The position numbers and the translations under genes were made by a program. From positions 1,440,001 through 1,504,000 of the forward strand of contig OZ245033.1 of NCBI GenBank assembly GCA_965224025.1: DNA of 64,000 nt, written 5' to 3'. The notes under the pieces were generated by a model, which was not told the origin of the DNA, did no database searches, and saw only the letters and a list, made by a program, of their open reading frames with translations. The stretch comes from Candidatus Multivorans sp. (GTDB lineage: Bacteria; Acidobacteriota; Thermoanaerobaculia; Multivoradales; Multivoraceae). Shown one piece after another: positions 54,386 to 64,000 of the stretch (position 1 is its first letter; each line of letters begins with the position of its first letter).

Positions 54386-56635
54386 TCAGGCTGGAGTCGT
54401 ACGGCTGTGCTGCGGCAGCTCAATCGCGAAGGTCGTGCCGCGTGGTTGGTTGTCTTCGACCCGAATCGAGCCGTTGTGATCGCTGACGATGCGCTGGACG
54501 ATAGCGAGCCCGAGCCCCGAGCCGCGTCCCTTGGTCGAGAAGTAGGGCAGGAACAGCTTCTCGCGCGCCGCCTTCGGAACGCCGCTGCCGGTGTCGCTGA
54601 CGGAGAGGTCGAAGACACCGTTGCTGCGGCCGGCGCGGACCGTGACCTGTCCGGGCGGGGTGGTGGCGGCGATGGCGTTGTCGAGCAGGTTGACGAGGGC
54701 GGAGCGCATCTGGTCGGCGTCCACTTTGGCGTGCAGGCCGTCAGCCCCGGCCTCGATGTGGGCCTCGACTTCGACGCCCGGTTTCAGTTCGCGGTAGAGA
54801 TCGACCGTCTCGCCGATCAGGCGTTCGACATCGACGTCGCGGGGCTGGGGCCGGCGCATGCGGGCGTAGCGCGCGAACTCGTCGACCAGGTTCAGCATGT
54901 TGCCGACCTCGCGCACGATGATGGAAGATCCTTCCTCGATCGCGGCCTCCAGGCTCTTGTCGTTCTTCTTCGCCTTGCGCAGCATGCGTTCCGCGGCGAG
55001 CCTGATCGGCGTCAACGGGTTCTTGATTTCGTGGGCGATGCGCCGCGCCGCCTCGGTCCAGGTGGCGGCCTTCTGGGCGTCGAGCAGGGCGGTCAGATCC
55101 TCGATGACGATGACGTGGCCGAGCAGCTCGAAGCCGCCTCTGCCGCTCGGAGCGCGCAGCGGACTGGTCTTCACTTCCAGCGTCTTCCAGTCGTCCTTGC
55201 CGCCCAGGCTGACCTCCCGACGTGCCGGCGCTCGGGGGCGGCGCGGACTGGCGGCGTCCGGCAGGTCGGCGAAGACGGCTTGGATTCCGCGGTCGGGTAG
55301 CAGCTCGCCCAGCGCTTCCGGGGGCGCGCCGGCGAGTGCGATGTCCGCTGGCAGACCCAACATATCGAGAGCGGCGCGGTTGCAGGTCAGGATCCTCCCG
55401 TCGCGGTCGAGCGACAAGACGCCGGCGGGACCGCTCTCGAGCACCGCCTCGATCCGCGCGCGCTCAGCGTCCAGACGTCGATTCGTGGCGATCAGATCGC
55501 GGTTCGAGTCCTGGAGCGCGTCCGTCATCCGGTTGAACGAGTCGACGAGCACCTGGACCTCATCGTCGGCGGCCGCCTCGACCCGGTGTGCCAGGTCGCC
55601 GCCGGCGATGCGGCGGGTACCGTCCGCCAGCGCCTCGATCGGTCCGGTCACCCGGCCGGCGAGATAGAGGCCGACCCAGCAGGAAACGAGCAGGATGCAC
55701 AGGGTGACGGTCAGGAACAGCAGCCAGTACGCGGCTCGTATCTCGTCGCGCTGGGCGTGCAGTTGCCGGCGCGACTGGTAGGCGCCGATCAGGGTCTCCG
55801 TGTTGCCGGCGAGTTCGGCGTCGAGCAGGCGGCCGGCGACCGCCACGATAGCTTCTGCGCCGCCGCCCGTTGCCGCCGCCGCCGCGAGGATCAAGCGCTC
55901 TTCCTTGCCGGAAACCTCGCCTATGGCGCGCGCGGCGCCGGTGCGAATCGCTTCCAGCAGCATGCCGCGCGTCGGTTCGGGCACTTCGGACAGAGTCTGG
56001 GAGTTGACCCTCGCGTAGAGGAAGGTCGTGTCCCGGTACACGGCCAGGTAGTCCAGGTCGGCCGCAGGCAGCATCTCCCCCAGGGCCCGCAGGAGGCTGC
56101 CCCGTCCGCGGGGGTCGTCGAGGTCGAGATCGGCCGTGTCGCGGAGAAAGCGCTCGGCGTCGCGCAGCAACTGGTCCTGGTGGGTGGAGGTGAGGGCCTG
56201 GGAGACCTGGTTCGCCGGTTCCAGCAGGTCGTCGATATCGGTGCGGAACATGCGGTCGATCGAGCCCTGCAGGAGTTCGGTCGCGTAGGCGAACAGGACC
56301 AGTCCCGGAATCAGCGACAGGCCGATGTAGGTCAGGATCAGCTTGGTGCGGAACTTGGCGCCCAGACGCTGCCGCCGCCGCTCGATCCACAGCTTGGTCA
56401 GGTTGCGGACGAGAACGAACGCGACGATCAGGATCAGCACCACGTTCAGGTTGCGCAGCGCGAACAGGAGGATGCTGTTGTTGAGCACCGTGGGATCGAT
56501 CTCGCGGCCGCGCTGGAGCGCGTAGTAGCCGGCAGTCGGCACCGCGAGGGCCAGCACCAGCAGCCAGACCAGGAAGCGGTTGCTCTTGATCAGTTCGCGC
56601 AGCGAGCGCGGCGGGGTGGTTTGCGTCGCGGTCAC
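54386..56635 (-). CDS. ntrY: NtrY-like HAMP/PAS sensor histidine kinase
   Basis: Multiple TM helices, HAMP, ARRIAHEIKNPLTPI, NLLDNA, GSGLGL. Confidence 0.88.
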   Translation of the reverse strand: MTATQTTPPRSLRELIKSNRFLVWLLVLALAVPTAGYYALQRGREIDPTVLNNSILLFALRNLNVVLILIVAFVLVRNLTKLWIERRRQRLGAKFRTKLILTYIGLSLIPGLVLFAYATELLQGSIDRMFRTDIDDLLEPANQVSQALTSTHQDQLLRDAERFLRDTADLDLDDPRGRGSLLRALGEMLPAADLDYLAVYRDTTFLYARVNSQTLSEVPEPTRGMLLEAIRTGAARAIGEVSGKEERLILAAAAATGGGAEAIVAVAGRLLDAELAGNTETLIGAYQSRRQLHAQRDEIRAAYWLLFLTVTLCILLVSCWVGLYLAGRVTGPIEALADGTRRIAGGDLAHRVEAAADDEVQVLVDSFNRMTDALQDSNRDLIATNRRLDAERARIEAVLESGPAGVLSLDRDGRILTCNRAALDMLGLPADIALAGAPPEALGELLPDRGIQAVFADLPDAASPRRPRAPARREVSLGGKDDWKTLEVKTSPLRAPSGRGGFELLGHVIVIEDLTALLDAQKAATWTEAARRIAHEIKNPLTPIRLAAERMLRKAKKNDKSLEAAIEEGSSIIVREVGNMLNLVDEFARYARMRRPQPRDVDVERLIGETVDLYRELKPGVEVEAHIEAGADGLHAKVDADQMRSALVNLLDNAIAATTPPGQVTVRAGRSNGVFDLSVSDTGSGVPKAAREKLFLPYFSTKGRGSGLGLAIVQRIVSDHNGSIRVEDNQPRGTTFAIELPQHSRTTPA

Positions 56636-56636
56636 G

Positions 56637-57251
56637 TCACTCGGCGCGCGGGCCCCGGACCTCTCGCCGGAACGGAGGGAAGGGCCTGGTCTGAGCCCAG
56701 GCGGTATGGACCCGGTCCGGTATCAAGCCGAGACGGGTTCGCGACCGCAGTTCCGCGCGGACTCTGAGGACGAACCGTCCCGATTCATCGCCCTCGATCT
56801 CGATCGATGGCAGCTTCTCGAAGACCGTCATTGCCCGCTCCAGGTCGGCGGCCGAGGTCACGACACGGCTCGCGTAGAGCTCGCCGTCGCGCTTGAAGTT
56901 GACCAGGTACTCCCGCGTGAGCGCGTTGTACATCGCCACCACCTGCAGCCGGGTCGCGCCGACCCGCTTGTCGAACCAGCGGCGGCGCAGTCTCTGGACC
57001 TCGATGTCGTACGTGAAGCCGGTTGGCAAACCGCTCTCGATCTTCTCCCAGGTTCGTTCGTCCAGGGCGCGGTCGAGGCGGAAGCTGACCAGCAACGCGG
57101 CGCCTTCGCGAACGACGGACAGAGCGGCGATGCCGGCTTTGCGGGTTCGGGCGGAACCCTCTCGTGGGGGCTGGGCCGCGAGTACGTCGGCGCCCAGGAC
57201 GCTCGACAGGCTGAGCGCGCAGATCAGCCGCCCCGCCCACGGGACTCTCAT
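56637..57251 (-). CDS. DUF4390 family exported protein
   Basis: Signal peptide, IESGLP..FTY, YNALTREY; typical position upstream of ntrY. Confidence 0.75.
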   Translation of the reverse strand: MRVPWAGRLICALSLSSVLGADVLAAQPPREGSARTRKAGIAALSVVREGAALLVSFRLDRALDERTWEKIESGLPTGFTYDIEVQRLRRRWFDKRVGATRLQVVAMYNALTREYLVNFKRDGELYASRVVTSAADLERAMTVFEKLPSIEIEGDESGRFVLRVRAELRSRTRLGLIPDRVHTAWAQTRPFPPFRREVRGPRAE

Positions 57252-57297
57252 GCGGGCGACACTACCAGCCCGCCGGTCCGGGCGGTGGACTGCGGCG

Positions 57298-58302
57298 CTA
57301 CTGCGGTGGACCGGCCAGGAGCGGCGCCCAGGCCGAAGGCTGCTTCGGATCGAGGGGGAGGTCCACTTGCGGCGGAAGTTCTTCGCCGACCATCCAGGTC
57401 CAGCACTGCGGACTCCTGACCAGCTCCTTGAGCAGATCGTAGTGGAGTTGGTGGCCGCCGCGCAGGATCTCGAAGTGACCCCAGATCGGCGCGCCGAGCA
57501 GAGTGAAGTCGCCGACCGCGTCGAGCGCCTTGTGACGGACCGGTTCGTCGGCGAAGCGGAGGTCGGTGTTCACCGCCCCTTTCTCGTCGAACACGATGCA
57601 GTTGTCGACCGATCCGCCGAGACCCAATCCGGCACGCTGCATCTGCTCGACATCCATCTGGCGGCAGAACGTTCGCGCCGGCGCCAGGTCGCGCTCGAAG
57701 CTGCGTTGGTCGACTTCCAGTTGCAGCCGCTGCCGCCCCACGGCACAGCCCGGGAAATCGATCGTGTAGTCGAGGCGCAGACCCGGATAGGGGGAAGCGC
57801 GCAGCCACTTGTCGCCGCGCTTGAACTCGAGCACCGAGGTCATTGCCACGATCCGCCGGTCGGCGTTCTGCCGGCGGATCCCGGCCGCCTGCAGCAGCAG
57901 CACGTAGGGCATCGCCGAACCGTCCAGAATAGGCACTTCGGGGCCGTCCAGTTCCACGACCAGATTGTCGATGCCGAGGGCGTAGACGGCGGCGAGCAGA
58001 TGCTCCACCGTCGAGACGGTGATGTCGTCGCGGCCGAGCGTCGTGGCCAGCTCGAGGGAACTGACGCCCTTGATGTCGGCACGGACCTCGACGTTGCCGG
58101 CATCGGTGCGGCGGAACCGGATGCCGCTGCCCGCCGGCGCCTGTAGGATCCGCAGATTCGTTTCCTTGCCGGTGTGGATGCCCACGCCCGAGATGGCGGT
58201 GGACCGGCGGATCGTCTGCTGCCGGAAGAGACGGTCGCGGGCGCTGTCGGATCGGGAGGGATGGCTTCGGTCCCGGTTCGCTCCATTGACGCGTCTGCCC
58301 AT
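57298..58302 (-). CDS. lpxC: UDP-3-O-acyl-N-acetylglucosamine deacetylase
   Basis: QQTI..GVGIHTG, TVEHLLAA, EVPILDGSA, APARTF, EPVRHKALDAVGD, GGH. Start uncertain. Confidence 0.95.
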   Translation of the reverse strand: MGRRVNGANRDRSHPSRSDSARDRLFRQQTIRRSTAISGVGIHTGKETNLRILQAPAGSGIRFRRTDAGNVEVRADIKGVSSLELATTLGRDDITVSTVEHLLAAVYALGIDNLVVELDGPEVPILDGSAMPYVLLLQAAGIRRQNADRRIVAMTSVLEFKRGDKWLRASPYPGLRLDYTIDFPGCAVGRQRLQLEVDQRSFERDLAPARTFCRQMDVEQMQRAGLGLGGSVDNCIVFDEKGAVNTDLRFADEPVRHKALDAVGDFTLLGAPIWGHFEILRGGHQLHYDLLKELVRSPQCWTWMVGEELPPQVDLPLDPKQPSAWAPLLAGPPQ

Positions 58303-58316
58303 CGACGGGTTGACCG

Positions 58317-58332
58317 AGCACGGATCGTGCCA
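58317..58332 (-). promoter_or_regulatory. Sigma-54 (-24/-12) promoter upstream of lpxC
   Basis: TGGCACGATCCGTGCT: GG-N10-GC with an exact TGGCACG. Confidence 0.7.
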
Positions 58333-58442
58333 GCCGCTGCCGCGCCGGGGCCGTCCTTTCGAGTTGCCTGTCTCCTCAAGGAGTTCCTTGGCCTTTCTAC
58401 ATGGACCTGTTCCCCTTCCGGTTGAGTCCTTGCGATTCGACC

Positions 58443-58482
58443 TGTGGCTTATTGGCCACACATCTGTGGCGCCTCGACCGCA
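58443..58482. promoter_or_regulatory. Tandem dyad sites, candidate enhancer (UAS)
   Basis: TGTGGC-N6-GCCACA (58443-58460) and TGTGGC-N6-ACCGCA (58465-58482), 22 bp apart. Confidence 0.6.
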
Positions 58483-58608
58483 CGGGGCGCCGCCCGCCGC
58501 AGGGGTAGACTCCGGCAAGCCTTGAGCGGCACGACACTTTGATCCTGAAGGGTCCCTGAAGAAGTTGCGGGCGCCTGCGCGGCTCAGGATGCCGGGGGAC
58601 GGACACCT

Positions 58609-59129
58609 ATGGCCAAGCGCACCAACCGACAGTCCCCGGCCGGCGGTCTGCCCCTGGCGGTGAATCGAAAGGCGAGGCGGCAGTACCGGGTGCTGGAGCG
58701 CTTCGAGGCGGGTATCGAACTTCTGGGCACTGAGGTCAAGTCGATTCGCGGCGGCAAGATCCAGTTGCGGGAGAGCTACGTCGCCTTCCGTGACCACGAG
58801 GCCTGGCTGCTGGACGCCCACATATCGGCCTACAGCCACGGCAACCGGGAGAACCACGAACTGGAGCGGCCGCGCCGGTTGCTTCTGAACCGGCGCGAGA
58901 TCGACCGTCTGTTCGGGCGCACCCGCGACCGGGGCTTGACGGTCGTGCCGCTCTCCGTTTATCTGAAGGGGAACCGGATCAAGGTCGAACTGGGCCTGGC
59001 CGAGGGCAGGAAGTTGTACGACAAACGCCAGCAGGAGCGCGAGAGGACCCTCGATCGGGAGGCCGGCGAGGTGTTCCGGGGCCGCCGGCGGATGCACACG
59101 GGCCCTTCGGAGCACGGGGAGCCCGGCCC

Positions 59130-59133
<4 letters not shown>
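58609..59133 (+). CDS. smpB: SsrA-binding protein
   Basis: [38 protein letters not shown]. Confidence 0.96.
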
Positions 59134-61976
<2,843 letters not shown>

Positions 61977-62007
61977 AGAGAGTCGGGAAGAGGGCCGGAG
62001 GGGAAGC

Positions 62008-63501
62008 GTGGTGACGTCGAGCCCATCGTCGGACCTGGCCGGTCGCCGGCAGCGCCTGCAGCTCGAGACGCTGTACGACCTGGTGGTGGCGCTCTACTCG
62101 CACGAGTCCGAGCAGGGTCTGCTCGACGATCTCCTGCAGAGAGTGTGCACGGTGGTCGATCCGGCGGCCGCCGCGGCGGTCACCCGAGACCGCTTCGGCG
62201 TCGCCCGTGCCGCCGCGACGGTCGGTTTCGGCAGCCGTCCGCCGTCCGCCGAGACGCTTCTTGCAGGCCCCCTGTGGCACGACCTGCTGGCCCAGGATGA
62301 GACCGTGGCGCGAACCGGCGGCAAGCTGGCGGACCGCGAGTTCCGTTCCCTCGTGGCGGCGCCGCTCAAGTCGCGCGACTCCCTGCTCGGCTTTGTGGCG
62401 GTGCTCGACAAGGAGGCGCGCGGCGCCAGCGAACCAGGGTTCAGCGACGGAGACCGGCGCTTCCTCAGGTCCGTCGCCGCGTTGGCCGGTGTCGCCGTGG
62501 ATGGTCTGCGCCAGGTGGAGCGTCTGGTCGTTTCGCGTGAGCGTTTGGCGGAAGAGAACAAGCTGCTGAAGGAACGCCTGGACGACCTCGCGGAGGTCGG
62601 GGGCCAGCGGATCGTGGCCTACGCGCCGGCCATGCGGCGCATCCTGGAGGTCATCGACCGGGTTGCGCCGCGCAGCGTCAGCGTCCTGCTGCATGGCGAG
62701 AGCGGCACCGGCAAGGAACTCATGGCGGCGCTCCTGCACCGGCGGTCGGAACGCCCGGGACCGCTGGTGGCGGTCAACTGCGCCGCCCTCCCTGAGAGCC
62801 TGCTGGAGAGCGAGCTGTTCGGCATCGAGGGCGGCGTGGCGACCGGCGTGCGAGCTCGCCTGGGCCGCTTCGAACTGGCAGACGGAGGCACCCTCTTTCT
62901 CGACGAAGTGGCCGATCTCGATGTCGCTTCGCAGGTCAAGCTGCTGCGTGCGCTCCAGGAGCGTGAAATCGTCCGTGTCGGCGGTCACCAGGCGATCCCG
63001 GTCGACACGCGTGTGGTTGCCGCGACCCACCAACCGCTCGAGCAGCTCGTGGCCGAGGGTCGCTTCCGGGAGGATCTGTACTACCGCCTGAAGGGGATCA
63101 GCGTCGAGTTGCCGCCGCTGCGGGAGCGACGTCGGGACATCCCGCATCTGGTGCGGTACTTCGCCGAGCGGTTCTGCGACCGGGAGGCGGTTGAGCTGCC
63201 CCAGTTCGACCGCGGGGCCCTGAACCTGCTCCTGGCGCATGACTATCCGGGCAATGTCCGGGAGCTTCGGAACATCGTCGAGGGCGCCGCTTCCCTGGCC
63301 GACGGCACGGTCGACACGTCGCTGATTCAGTCGCTGATCGGAGGCACTGCCGCGGGCCAGCCGGGCCCGGAGCCGCTCGATCTGGAGACCGTCAAGCGCC
63401 GCCATGTGCGGAGGGTGATCACCTTGACCGGAGGCAACAAGAGCGCCGCGGCGAAACTGCTGGGCGTGCACCGCCGCACTCTGTCCCGCGGTCGCTACTG
63501 A
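62008..63501 (+). CDS. GAF-domain sigma-54 enhancer-binding protein (Fis HTH)
   Basis: GESGTGKE, ESELFG, GVATGV in place of GAFTGA, FLDEV, YPGNVREL, GNKSAAAKLLG. Confidence 0.9.
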   Translation: MVTSSPSSDLAGRRQRLQLETLYDLVVALYSHESEQGLLDDLLQRVCTVVDPAAAAAVTRDRFGVARAAATVGFGSRPPSAETLLAGPLWHDLLAQDETVARTGGKLADREFRSLVAAPLKSRDSLLGFVAVLDKEARGASEPGFSDGDRRFLRSVAALAGVAVDGLRQVERLVVSRERLAEENKLLKERLDDLAEVGGQRIVAYAPAMRRILEVIDRVAPRSVSVLLHGESGTGKELMAALLHRRSERPGPLVAVNCAALPESLLESELFGIEGGVATGVRARLGRFELADGGTLFLDEVADLDVASQVKLLRALQEREIVRVGGHQAIPVDTRVVAATHQPLEQLVAEGRFREDLYYRLKGISVELPPLRERRRDIPHLVRYFAERFCDREAVELPQFDRGALNLLLAHDYPGNVRELRNIVEGAASLADGTVDTSLIQSLIGGTAAGQPGPEPLDLETVKRRHVRRVITLTGGNKSAAAKLLGVHRRTLSRGRY

Positions 63502-63528
63502 TCCGTTGGCCTCTGGTTGAGCCCCGAA

Positions 63529-63645
63529 GGGTCATTATGTCCCTCTATGGGGCATAATGACCCGCACATGCTCCTGGTGTGCATTCGTGGCCGGTCCCGG
63601 CTGACTTCAACGTCGATCGATTATCCCGTCGGGACAAAATGCCGC
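63529..63645. promoter_or_regulatory. Three 15-bp dyads GGGNCA-N3-TGNCCC, candidate enhancer
   Basis: GGGTCATTATGTCCC 63529, GGGGCATAATGACCC 63549, GGGACAAAATGCCGC 63631. Confidence 0.6.
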
Positions 63646-63735
63646 GCTTCCCGATTCGCGATCGGCTTGACCCGATCTTCCGCAAAGGCTTGTCAGGCCT
63701 GGAATCCCGGCCCTCTGCCAGACGTCGGCCTCCGT

Positions 63736-63751
63736 TGGCAGCGGACTTGCT
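63736..63751 (+). promoter_or_regulatory. Sigma-54 (-24/-12) promoter
   Basis: TGGCAGCGGACTTGCT: GG-N10-GC with TTGCT. Confidence 0.72.
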
Positions 63752-63781
63752 CTTAGGGAAGGGCACCGAAGGGAGGTCGGC

Positions 63782-64000
63782 ATGATGGTAGGGTCGCAGT
63801 TCAGTTTTTTGGACCGTGAGGGCGCTGCCGCGCCGGCGTCGGGGTCGAGGGTTCTGTCAAGTTTCTTGTACTGGGCCTTCAGTTCGATTCCGGCCGGTGT
63901 GTTCTGGTCTTCTGCGGTCGTGGCGAGTTTCGTATGGTTCCTGTTGAACGATCAATTCCATCCCGCGGTGATCTACTGTCTGAAGCTGTTTCTGACCGCC
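63782..64000 (+). CDS. Hypothetical membrane protein, truncated by window end
   Basis: GGGAGG RBS. Open frame MMVGSQFSFLD..VFWSSAVVASFVWFLLNDQFHPAVIYCLKLFLTA. Confidence 0.65.
   Translation, partial: MMVGSQFSFLDREGAAAPASGSRVLSSFLYWAFSSIPAGVFWSSAVVASFVWFLLNDQFHPAVIYCLKLFLTA

Noticed and set aside
58333-58608. tmRNA, tRNA-Sec or other RNA gene near smpB/selB
   Set aside because: I could not see a tRNA-like acceptor/T-arm or tag reading frame. The region is better explained by promoter elements.

Overview
High-GC bacterial chromosomal window. The gene set suggests Acidobacteriota, but this is inference only. Housekeeping genes: rfbBAC, pcnB, gltA, queE, acnA, dut, waaA, lpxK, polA, ald, selB, an ntrYX-like pair, lpxC, smpB, uvrA. 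Also present: two ECF sigma/anti-sigma pairs, a type II secretion/type IV pilus-like operon, two FG-GAP/ASPIC-UnbV proteins, two toxin-antitoxin pairs, an HNH nuclease and several decayed genes. I found no rRNA, tRNA or CRISPR array. The main signals lie outside the gene list. (1) Three families of short palindromic elements: a 68-bp unit occurs in tandem, nested inside a second family, and in-frame inside selB; the second family also lies in-frame in a pseudopilin leader; a third ~105-bp family shows compensatory stem changes and always ends on a TAnnnT box upstream of a gene. (2) A tandem duplication with reciprocal gene loss appears to have swapped vapBC and ald. (3) Two sigma-54 promoters have tandem dyad enhancers, one heading an lpxC-ntrYX-selB operon. 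(4) Leaderless promoter architecture recurs. lpxK and selB each carry a single-base frameshift that may be a sequencing error.
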